A DNA stretch of 64,000 nt from Antedon mediterranea (Eukaryota; Animalia; Echinodermata). A program made the translations under genes and the position numbers. Numbering within the stretch: position 1 is the first letter of the stretch; each line of letters begins with the position of its first letter. Where the stretch lies: positions 15,584,101-15,648,100 of the forward strand of contig NC_092677.1 of NCBI RefSeq assembly GCF_964355755.1. Direction: 5' to 3'. Shown in pieces: positions 1 to 10,446 of the stretch. A model generated the notes under the pieces. That model made no database searches, had not been told where the DNA came from, and worked only from the letters and a program-made list of their open reading frames with translations.

Positions 1-1
1 T

Positions 2-3000
2 ATAACGCATCACAGTCCGGAAGTTCACTGTAACTCAAGTACGGCCTCAAACAATTTTAATTTTGATAGCTCGCCAATTTCACATATAGATAAGGCGAAA
101 TTTATTAATTTACTTAATAATCATCCGAATGTTTTTTCAAAGAATGATTTAGATATAGGGAGAACTTCGGCTGTAAAACATAAAATACACCTAACTAATG
201 ACACCCCATTCCGTCAACCTTGTAGGAGGATACCCCCATCTGATTTCAATGATGCTAGGGACCACATTCAAGATTTATTAAGGAAGAATATCATTAGAGA
301 GTCCGAAAGCCAGTATAGTTCTCCTATAGTATTAGTCAGGAAAAAGAAGACTAACGAAATTCGATTATGTATAGATTACAGACTTCTAAATTCTAGGACG
401 GTTAGGGACCAATACAACGTCCCCAACATTGAAGATGCCCTTACAACCTTACGTGGTGCCAAATGGTTCTCATGTCTTGACCTCAAATCAGGCTATTACC
501 AAATTGAAATGGCTGAGGAGGATAAAGCAAAAACTGCATTTTGGTGCCCATTGGGATTCTATGAATTTAACCGAATGCCCCAAGGGATCACTAATGCCCC
601 CGCCACCTTCCAGCGACTAATGGAGAAGTGCATGGGGGAGTTAACATTCTCCGACGTTCTAGTTTATTTAGATGACTTACTAGTTTTTTCAACCACACTA
701 GACGAACACCTAGCTAAGTTAGACAAAGTATTATCTAGGCTTGAAGAGTATGGCTTGAAACTAAATCCAGACAAGTGCAATTTTGCCCAAACTTCCATTA
801 AGTGCTTGGGCCATGTCATTTCAGAGGATGGGGTAAGCACTGACCCAGATAAGGTAGAGGCTGTCAAATCTTGGCCCCGCCCCTCAAATGTAAAAGAATT
901 GAAATCATTTCTAGGTTTTGCTGGTTATTATCGACGATTTATACAGCATTATAGCCATATTGCCAAACCATTAAACCAACTTATGACTAAGTATGACCCA
1001 ATACGTAAACGAGGTAAAACGTTCAAAAAACCTAAATCCAATACTCCCTCAGAAAGGCGCCCTAGTCCTAATACCCCATTTGGTACTAACTGGTCCGAAT
1101 CATGTCAGGTGGCATTTGATGTACTAATAGATAAATTGTCTTCAGCCCCTATATTAGGATTCGCAGACTACAATTCACCATTTATTCTACATACCGACGC
1201 TAGCACAAGCGGGTTAGGTGCAGCCCTATATCAAGAGATAAATGGGATAAAGAGGGTAATTGCCTATGCTAGTCGTGGGTTATCCAAAAGTGAAGCCAAT
1301 TATCCTGCTCATAAATTAGAGTTTCTTGCCCTAAAATGGGCGGTGACTGAGAAATTTACTGACTATCTTTATGGTCAACGATTTGTAATTTACACCGATA
1401 ATAACCCCTTAACGTACGTGTTGACGACAGCTAAGCTTGACGCTACAGGTCAAAGGTGGCTTGCCGCCCTGGTCAATTACAACTTTGATATTAAATACAA
1501 AGCAGGTAGAAACAATCAAGATGCAGACGGTCTTAGTCGTCGCCCACATGACCCCCCTTCCAATGACTTTGAATACGAACAATATCAAGAGAAAGCTGAC
1601 GAAGTGTTAGGTAGAGTAAAATTTTCATCCTGTTCGTTCACAGCAGTCTGTAATGCTAAAATAGTTAATAAGTCTACTATACCTAATGATACAACACCCT
1701 TAGTTGAGTCAGTTAGTGATTCTCCTGATGCAATCCCCGCCATCTATGATAACCCTATTAGGCCTATAGATGGGCAGTCAACCTTGCCTAATGTTACTGC
1801 AGCGGAGTGGGTAGAGCATCAACAACAAGACCCTAATATAAAACCTATTTTTAAATTTGTATATAACAAACGGAAACCTACACAAGATGAACTCACAAAA
1901 TTACCCGAGGAAACTAGGCTACTCCTGAGACAGTTTGATAAATTATTGGTAAAAGATAATATTCTATACCGCCAATTTGTAAATAATATCGGAGCTATGC
2001 AATTGCAATTAGTACTTCCAACCGCTTATAGAGATAAAGCATTTACTGGCTTACATGATGACATTGGTCACCCTGGGATGGAACGGACCTTGGATCTTGC
2101 CCGATCCAGATTTTATTGGCCTCGTATGTCCTCCCAAATTGAAGATAAATGTAGGTGTTGTGAACGATGTGTCCGAAGAAAGGCCCGTGCTACCAAAGCA
2201 GCCCCCCTAGTTAGTGTCAGAACCACCATGCCTATGGAATTAATGTGTATTGACTTTCTGTCTATAGAACCTGATTCTAAGGATACTAGAAATGTATTAG
2301 TTGTGACTGACCATTTCACTAGATATGCTATTGCTATCCCAACTAAGGACCAAAAAGCCCCCACAGTAGCAAAAGCTCTGTGGAATAATGTCTTTCAACA
2401 TTATGGCTTTCCAAAACAATTACATTCAGATCAAGGCAGAGATTTCGAATCAAAAGTTATCCAAGATTTATGTAAATATTTAGGAGTAAGAAAATCTCGT
2501 ACAACCCCATACCATCCCCAGGGTAATGGTCAGGTAGAACGGTTTAACCAAACCCTGCTTAAAATGCTAGGCACTCTAGAAAACCAAAAGAAAGAACATT
2601 GGCGAGACCATGTTGCACCCTTAGTGCATGCATACAATTGTACTAAGAATGATGCTACGGGAATGTCCCCATATTATTTAATGTTTGGTAGAGAAGCCCG
2701 CCTCCCAATTGACATCCAACTAGGTATTGACCCAAATCAAAATGGTTCACTTTCTCCAAGGGGATATGCCGACAAATTACGACATCGCCTAGAAACAGCA
2801 CACAAATTAGCCCAGGAAATGGCAACCAAGAAAGCTAATGCCAATAAAGCCCGATATGATAGTAAAGTGCGTGAATGCACTATTTGCAAGGGTGATAGGG
2901 TACTAGTAAAAAATGTGCGCTTAAGGGGTAAACATAAACTTGCGGATAGGTGGGAAGAAACTATTTATGTGGTTTTGGAACAAATAGGGGACAACCCTGT

Positions 3001-3694
3001 GTACAAGATAGAACCTGAAGATAGTGATGGTCCTACTAGAACATTGCATAGAAATATGCTACTCCCATGTAGGTTTGCTACAGCAAAGGAAACTCCCCCT
3101 AAAAGTGGTACTAAAGAAAAACAAAGACAGAGAAAGCCTGTCACTCGACAAGGGCACAAAACGCCTAAGTCAACTGTCCCACAGCCAGAACTATCTGGAC
3201 ATGAAACAAGTGATAGTGATTTAGATTATTACATTCCAAATTCAGTTCGCACACTTCAACAACCAACAGATCCATCTATACCTCCTAATCTGGGTAATGA
3301 CCAAAACGTGGCTCAAACTATTATTGACACCCCAATTGTTAACGAAATAGAACCTCAGATCAATGAGGAAGATGTAATAGTTAACCATGATATTAATGAT
3401 TTCGAAGATGCTGTTATTCATAATTTAGACAACAATGATAATGTTAATATTGATAATGCTAATAATGAGCCTGATATTCAACCCGATGTCCACGAACCAC
3501 AGGCTAATACAGATGATACCTTACGTCCTAAACGGCTAAGAACACAGCCAGAAAGGTTAGGTTATTTTGCTCCCGGCCAACAAGTTACATCAACTTCTAA
3601 TATGGTGGTCCAAGTCATTGGGATGCAAAACCAAATGTTTGCTGATATGATGCAATCTCAATTATCACTTTTAAGAGGCTCTAAGCCGAATTAA
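2..3694 (+). CDS. pol: Gypsy Pol polyprotein (RT, RNase H, integrase), 5'-partial
   Basis: Frame is open from base 2 (the ORF track starts only at 509). Motifs RLCIDYR, LDLKSGYYQ, YLDD, TDAS, HKLEFLALKWAV, TDNNPL, HHCC zinc finger, D-D-E (IDF, SDQG, ERFN). No stop or frameshift. Confidence 0.95.
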   Translation: MTHHSPEVHCNSSTASNNFNFDSSPISHIDKAKFINLLNNHPNVFSKNDLDIGRTSAVKHKIHLTNDTPFRQPCRRIPPSDFNDARDHIQDLLRKNIIRESESQYSSPIVLVRKKKTNEIRLCIDYRLLNSRTVRDQYNVPNIEDALTTLRGAKWFSCLDLKSGYYQIEMAEEDKAKTAFWCPLGFYEFNRMPQGITNAPATFQRLMEKCMGELTFSDVLVYLDDLLVFSTTLDEHLAKLDKVLSRLEEYGLKLNPDKCNFAQTSIKCLGHVISEDGVSTDPDKVEAVKSWPRPSNVKELKSFLGFAGYYRRFIQHYSHIAKPLNQLMTKYDPIRKRGKTFKKPKSNTPSERRPSPNTPFGTNWSESCQVAFDVLIDKLSSAPILGFADYNSPFILHTDASTSGLGAALYQEINGIKRVIAYASRGLSKSEANYPAHKLEFLALKWAVTEKFTDYLYGQRFVIYTDNNPLTYVLTTAKLDATGQRWLAALVNYNFDIKYKAGRNNQDADGLSRRPHDPPSNDFEYEQYQEKADEVLGRVKFSSCSFTAVCNAKIVNKSTIPNDTTPLVESVSDSPDAIPAIYDNPIRPIDGQSTLPNVTAAEWVEHQQQDPNIKPIFKFVYNKRKPTQDELTKLPEETRLLLRQFDKLLVKDNILYRQFVNNIGAMQLQLVLPTAYRDKAFTGLHDDIGHPGMERTLDLARSRFYWPRMSSQIEDKCRCCERCVRRKARATKAAPLVSVRTTMPMELMCIDFLSIEPDSKDTRNVLVVTDHFTRYAIAIPTKDQKAPTVAKALWNNVFQHYGFPKQLHSDQGRDFESKVIQDLCKYLGVRKSRTTPYHPQGNGQVERFNQTLLKMLGTLENQKKEHWRDHVAPLVHAYNCTKNDATGMSPYYLMFGREARLPIDIQLGIDPNQNGSLSPRGYADKLRHRLETAHKLAQEMATKKANANKARYDSKVRECTICKGDRVLVKNVRLRGKHKLADRWEETIYVVLEQIGDNPVYKIEPEDSDGPTRTLHRNMLLPCRFATAKETPPKSGTKEKQRQRKPVTRQGHKTPKSTVPQPELSGHETSDSDLDYYIPNSVRTLQQPTDPSIPPNLGNDQNVAQTIIDTPIVNEIEPQINEEDVIVNHDINDFEDAVIHNLDNNDNVNIDNANNEPDIQPDVHEPQANTDDTLRPKRLRTQPERLGYFAPGQQVTSTSNMVVQVIGMQNQMFADMMQSQLSLLRGSKPN

Positions 3695-3920
3695 TTTTAT
3701 AATGTTATTTTTACTATATGTTTATATATACACGCCAATTTTGATTCCTTTTCAATGTAATATTTTTTTTTCACTGTATATTTTATGTATTAAGACAGGT
3801 GAATTACGATCAAACAACTAAATGGTGACGTAGTTAAGCACTACTTTTAATGTAAATGTTGGTTACCATTGAGTTTGTTGAGCGTCGTCCGGGGACGGAC
3901 GAATATTTTGGCAGGGTGAG

Positions 3921-5173
3921 TGTAACCCAGGCTACAAAAGTAGGCCAGTCAAAGAAGATGAAGGGTAACCCAGGCCACAAAAGTGTGCCAGTCCAAGGAA
4001 ATTGCAACATTTACACATTCCTACTTCCTTACAAACAAAGAAAGTACTGACCAACATACTTTAAGTATGAGCTAATTATTTTAAGGATAAACTATTAGCT
4101 GATCAAACTCCAAATAAGGAAATAGGGCCACCATCATCTACCATTAGATAATGGTCCAGGAATGTATTTCGGAACAACAGGGTGGGGCCAAGACATATAA
4201 AAAAGACTGCAGAGTTGGGAAAAATCACAACTCAACTCTAAATCTATTGAGAGCAGTCAGGTCCTCCCTGATACTTTTTGTACGTTCTGAAAGAAGTTGT
4301 ATTTACACTTATTCCTTGCTCAACAAATTCAGGTAAGATAACCAACATAAACTTATTATTTTGTAGCGTAAGTAACATAGCTAAGTCCTTTAGTTGTACT
4401 TGTTAACTACATATAGGATACTACTTTTATGTTTATCATTGCTTGTTGTCCAACAATGAATTTATTATCTTAGATACAACTTGATATATTGTAAATATGT
4501 ACTATATGTTTGACCACCTTATATCGTATTGATTGTATGTTTATATGTAAGTTAGAGTGTAGTAATAAGACCCTGTCATTATATACTCACTAGGCTATGA
4601 TTTATTAGCTAATCCTAAATTATCCTTGAATGAAGCCTGTATAGAGAATTCTGTAGTTATAGGAATTAAATACAAAAAGGCTACCGTAGTAGACAACTCA
4701 ACTCTAAATCTATTGAGAGCAGTCAGGTCCTCCCTGATACTTTTTGTACGTTCTGAAAGAAGTTGTATTTACACTTATTCCTTGCTCAACAAATTCAGGT
4801 TGAGGGAAGATTGCCTAAGTTGGATTCTGTGTGTAAAGTCCACAGCCAGACGAGGGAATCGGTGGAGTGTATAAGCATCAAACTTCGAACGGGTTTACCA
4901 CACCAAAAAGGGGACAAGCTCGACCACTGCCAGTTGTCAACAAACTTAAGTTTGACTTGTTATCTAAATCTTTAAGCATACTTAATTATAAGTCGCATAT
5001 TGTATAATTTGTATTATGATTTAGAATAATAACACATCTACTATAAGCCAACTATTTTGTACTCTTTTATTTATTATCTATGTGTGTCTAGTGCCGCTGC
5101 CCCAATCAACTCGAACCCCGCTCACCTCAACCCTAAGTCGATAATCTTTTGTGTTGTGTGTAGAGCGGTTACA
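3921..5173 (+). repeat. 3' LTR (1253 bp) with an internal 108-bp direct duplication
   Basis: 7-bp terminal inverted repeats TGTAACC/GGTTACA. TATA-like CATATAAAA near 4194. Identical 108-bp copies at 4227-4334 and 4693-4800. Confidence 0.88.
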
Positions 5174-8100
5174 TTGACATATTAAAAAAGGTTTCAATGT
5201 CCAATTTATCGAATCCTTTCAGTATTTTAAATACTTGGATCAGAGAAGCTTTCTTTCTTCTATAAACTAACGTAGGAAGATCAAGTATTTTTAGCCTACA
5301 TACATACTCTGTACCCCTTAGTTCCGGAATGAATCGGGTGGCTTTTTGTTGTAGCTTCTCCAACCTATCCTCATCCGCTAAAATCTTAGGAACCCAGACA
5401 TTATTACAGTATTCCAGGGTTGGACGGAAAGCGACTTGTATAACAGCTAAAAACTCTAAGGGTCCAAAAATTTAAACGCTCGATATATAATACCTAACTC
5501 CCTGTTAGCAGAAGAAATTACATGGGACACATGAGATCTAAAACTCAGCTTATCGTCAATAGGTCTTTCATCTCACTTACAGCTTCCAGTCAATTTGACT
5601 GTTTGTATCTGGATTTCCACAAGGCCTTTGATAAGGTGCCTCATTGTTGTTTATTGAGGAAACTTAAATGTTATGGAATAAAAGGAAAATTATTAAATTG
5701 GATTAAGTCTTTTCTGTCTGGAAGAAAACAACTAGTTTCAGTAGAAGGAATCAAGTCTAAGTGGAGAGATGCTGTTAGCGGAGTTCCGCAAGGGAGTGTA
5801 TTAGGTCCTGAATTTTGCCAGTCAATAAGAACCTCTAAAAGCTGAGTTGAACAAGATCTGCCCGACCTGAAACCATGCTGAGCAACGGAAAAAAGGGAAT
5901 TTAATTCAAAATGTTTCACAATCTCATCTCTAACAAATGTTTCCATTGTTTTACATAAGTTTGATGTTAGGCTTACCGGTCGATAGTTTAGGGGAGCTGA
6001 CTTGTCTCCTTTCTTATAGAGCGGAACGACATCGGCATATTTCCAGGATTCTGGAACCAAACCCTCATTCATTAATTTATTAAAAATAACTGCGAATGCT
6101 TCACCCAAAATATCTGAATTTTCTTTTAAAATCCTTGAATGGATCTCATCCGGACCTGGCGACTTACAGATGTCTAAACCACTTAAATATTTAGTTATAT
6201 CAGACGCTAAAAACTTCATATCATTGACCGGAATTATATCTGGTTTATCAGCCATTTCAGGAAACTCCTCAAGGTTCTCCACTGTAAAAACTCCAATAAA
6301 CGATTCATTAAATAATTCAGCTTTATTTATTTTTGACGACACAAAATTTCCCTCATCATCTTTTAAGTCTGGAATAAAAGGCTTATATTTTCGCTGACTA
6401 TTTATATGCCAAAAGGATTTTGGATTTATTTTAACATCTGACGCAATTTTTTTTCTCTAAAGAAGCTCTTGCCTTGCGGACTTCATCGGTAGCTTGATTC
6501 CTAGCTAAAACAAAGCTATTCCAATTTCTCTGATTCTTACATTTAAGATACTTATTCCATGCTTTGTGTTTAACTTTGATTATATTTTCTATCTCTTTAT
6601 TAAACCATAGTTTTCTAAATGACAGAACTGCATGATCGCTCTTGCCTAGAGGGGGACCATATATAATCGCATCAACGAAACATTCTTCTCGTGTAAAAAT
6701 TAAATCCAATGTACTTGGTACGTCGCTACCGCGAAAACGCGTAGGTTCTACACAATGCAGAAACCAAAAAACCTCCTCTGAAATATTTTCAAAAAAATCT
6801 GAAGTATCTGAATCACCTTGAGATTCCATTCTAACCCAATCGATATTCCTATAATTAAAGTCTCCTGCAACTAAAAGAAAATCTGCTTGAAATTGGTTTA
6901 CCTGCTCCAATACCAAATTTAACTAGATTTAATTCGTCACTATGACGAATTATAGGTTATATGCATTGATTTAAATAAAGGTAATTGATTTTTAAAAGAT
7001 ATATTGAGTGATTGATTTTCTCAGAATCTTTAATTATTTATAATATATGATAGGACCTTGCTAACGCGAACACCATAGCCGGTATCACAATCCGATCAAA
7101 GATCCATATGCGTATAATGTCATAAACCACATTTGTTGTTACATAATAATAAAGACATAAGTTACTTTTTATCTAGATTTCATTATAAATCATGTGTATA
7201 ATCTATACACTAAGAAATAAATTTGAACAAACAATACGGATAATAAAAAAAAATCTTCTTTCGTTTCCCAAGGTGAGACTCGATCTCGGTACCTTGAATG
7301 CCATAGACACGAGCACAGACCATCGAGCCATACACAACTGACTAAAAGTTGTAGAAAAATTCCTCCGTGTATTTATGCAGTAACCACTTTGGTGCAAATA
7401 GATTATTACATACCGTAATGAATTATAATTTTTTACTATGATGACATCTTTAAAAATGTAAAAAAATGATGCATTGTCAAACTATATACTTTTAACTTTA
7501 ATATATGAACTTCTTAAGAAAGAAAGTTAATGTTAAGTTTGTTATTTCGGCCTAAGAAAATGTCATAATTTGTTTGATTCTCGAAATTATTTTTTTTAAA
7601 TTTAATATGCAATTAATGAGGCTTAATCAACTTTTGTTCTCTTAATTTGATAATAAATCATACATATGATACATACACTTCAAGAAAATGAAATAAAAAA
7701 TAGGTGTTCCCCAGCATTCTGACGATATATATTAATTTTAAAATTTAGCATTTCACCATTTTGTTAACTTATACGTGCGTAGCCTGTCACTTTAGACGTG
7801 CTCGTATAACGCAATTTCGAGTTGAAAAGTGAATCAAATATGATGATATTATTAAAGAAAGATTGTAAAACAGAAATCGGGCAAAAAAAGTGCGTATTAA
7901 CGTTTAACGCGCAGTGCGCGTGCAAAATCTGTGCACTCATGGCAATTTTTTAAACGCCTAAAATTGCCTGAAACGTACTCTAATTTCATCAAAAATAAAT
8001 TTTGACAATTTTGAACATTTTAAGTGCGCGTACGCAAGCGTTATATGCGCTACGCACGTAATTGTATTGCCATATGATGAAATATGACCTGACATTTATG

Positions 8101-10020
8101 AGTACCAACTTTTGTTTAATTGTGATTCATGCTTGTGAAGATATGATTACAAACGTGATTTCGTTAAATCGCGCGTAGACCACGTAATGATTGATTGCCC
8201 ACCGTAAAAACATAACCACATCGATTCCTGGGCATAAGGAATATACTCTGAAAAATTGACTTAGCTAGATGAAACTGATATCAAGATAATTCACGGACAA
8301 AATAGTGCTAAGGAAAGAATAAATAAATAAATAAAGATTTTGACAGAATCAAGAGGTTATATGCATGATAATGCATATAACCTAATAAAACATTATTCTC
8401 TTTAGAACTGCTTGGACTACGATAAACACAACCTGCAAGTAATTTCTGGTCAAGAGGTAAATTAATAATAACCCAAACGGACTCTCTAAATTCATTAAAC
8501 TTTACTTCTGATATTGGAATACCATTCTTGACATATAACCCAGTGCCTCGCACAGAATCTTTTGACAGAAAACACTGGTAACCTTCCAAAACTAAACTTT
8601 CCATACTAATTTCATAATTTATGTTTTTCGGGAACATCTCTGTTAAAAACACTAAATCAGGATTCTCCTTTTGCAAACGTAAATTTAATTCTTCTTTCTT
8701 ATTAAAAACAGAGTCACAGTTTGTATATAAACATAATAAACAATCTTTTTCTTTTAGCACAATTGGACTAGTTTTGCTTAAGCCTTTATCAAATACTTGG
8801 CCCCTTCTTCCTAATTATCTTATTATTTCGGATTATTAAGTCTAACTCCCCGTTAGCTTCTCTAATCAGGAGTTCTTGTTTTAGTCGTTTATATGCTTCG
8901 CGCTCCGATTTTAGTCGGTCATTAAATACCGAGATTGCATTTCCTTTGTAATCTTTTCCACAAGCTATCTTTATAAATTTACGTTTATCCCATTCTGTAC
9001 TAAAAATAACCTTAAGCGGTCTAGGCCCTGGCTTGTCCAAATCTCTTTTGCCAATTCGGAAACATAAAATAAAACTTAAACCTAAATCTTCCGCAAGACC
9101 CTTTACTACTGCCATGTCTTCCTCCTTCCTAATTTCCATTAAATCAGAGGTAGATTCAACTAAACCGAACACCATAGCATTACATTTCCGCTTTTATTTT
9201 TCGGCCCATTCATCAAGACGTAACTGTACCACATTTTCAATTCTTAAATCAATAGGCAATACTGTATCTTCTACAGAATCCAAATCCGAGTCGCTGTGAT
9301 TACTACAATCGATGCCGCAGAGTTGATCGAGTTTGACTTTATTCGCTTAACTTCCGCTCGCAAGCTCTCTAAACCTGTAATTGATATCTTTTCTATCTCC
9401 TCTCTATTGGATTTGACATCACTTTTAATCTGATCGATATCAGTTTTCAATTGCTCATGATTCATATTTAATTTCTTAATAAGCTCGTTAAATGACAACG
9501 AAGTAGGTAAACATGTTCTGCAGTGCAAAGCTAACGTCAGAGTCACCCTTGCTTAGCCATTCATATTTGCCCTTACTAATGCCTTGACATTTCGAGTGAA
9601 ACCAGAAATTACATAGATTACAACAAATACCACGATCATCACCAGACACAGAAATATCACAAGAGCCACATTTAAATTCCAACTGATGTTCCTCATCACC
9701 CAAATAATCGCTTTTAGCCTGTCTAGGATTAGCTTTATCTCTCGCACCACGTTTATCACCGCCGCCGGTAGCCATGATTGTACTACGATGAATACTCTAA
9801 ATATAGACCTATACAACAGTAGGCCTAGGCTCAGAATTTTAATCTCAAAAAATAAAAAACCCACAACTCAGATTTAACGATTCAATAAACTGCAGTTAAA
9901 CAAGCCTTTGCATTATTTTACAAAAATAACAATGATAAAAACCTGAATTTGACTAAACAATTTTCGAAACAACTGAAAAAAATACGAACACGTCGTCGTC
10001 ACCACCAGAAGCGCGCCCAC
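5174..10020 (-). mobile_element. Degenerate, near full-length CR1-type LINE (PHD-finger ORF1, APE endonuclease, RT)
   Basis: ORF1 pieces at 9488-9775 (C4HC3 PHD-like), 9271-9546 and 8789-9175. Endonuclease YTNCDS...LTE...VYRSP (8386-8760) and GDFN...LDLIF...SDH (6431-6922). RT KSPGPDEIH, NYRPVSLTS, QHGFR. C-terminus KATRFIP...LVYRR. Frameshifted, with deletions and an inversion. Confidence 0.88.
6923..8385 (-). mobile_element. Non-autonomous Helentron/DINE-like (HINE) element inserted in the CR1 endonuclease
   Basis: Minus strand starts TTAGGTTATATGCAT-TATC-ATGCATATAACC (sub-TIR plus inverted copy) and ends ATGCATATAACCTA, hairpin AATTCGTCA-TAG-TGACGAATT, CTAG, TT. Removing it restores the CR1 reading NNVLL|NLVLEQ. 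Confidence 0.75.
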
Positions 10021-10302
10021 ATTTATATTCAACTATAAGGGGAAAATTAGTCATGATATGAAAAACAATTTGTGCTAAAATGTGTTCAACAATGATTTGT
10101 GTGTGTGAATTATAACAAAAATAGACAAATTTGCTTGGTTTTAATCAAAACAATATACTTAGTGACATGCAAAACAGGAATGACTGATTGTACTCTATAT
10201 TAAGTCATTAACCTTAGTTGAAACAGAAGTGACATTGTTTTCCTTATCTTGCTAGTTTAATTGATGTATGTAATTGTGATCATGTAGTGTCATTATAATT
10301 AC

Positions 10303-10446
10303 CTCTACTAGGAGCTGTCTTATAACGCTATCCCTGCCATTTGTGGATTGTGCCGTCACATGAATATCCATTAATTTCAAGTTCTTTGGACTGATGGCAA
10401 ATGACACTGGCACACCCTCACCAGCTGGAATTTTGGTTTTCACAAC
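10303..10446 (-). CDS. CD109: paralog B exon 19 (last exon seen)
   Basis: VVKTKIPAGEGVPVSF...GRDSVIRQLLVE; homologous to 52304-52447. Confidence 0.9.

Larger units (their letters stand above)
1..5173 (+). mobile_element. Ty3/Gypsy LTR retrotransposon, 3' part (pol, PPT, 3' LTR)
   Basis: Pol domain order RT-RNaseH-integrase. Purine-rich tract GGCAGGGTGAG just before an LTR bounded by TGTAACC (3921) and GGTTACA (5173). Inserted into the 3' end of a CR1 ORF2. Confidence 0.93.

Noticed and set aside
4151-4975. Short ORFs after pol as a possible env or accessory gene
   Set aside because: They lie within the LTR and its 108-bp duplication, with no signal peptide or transmembrane pattern.
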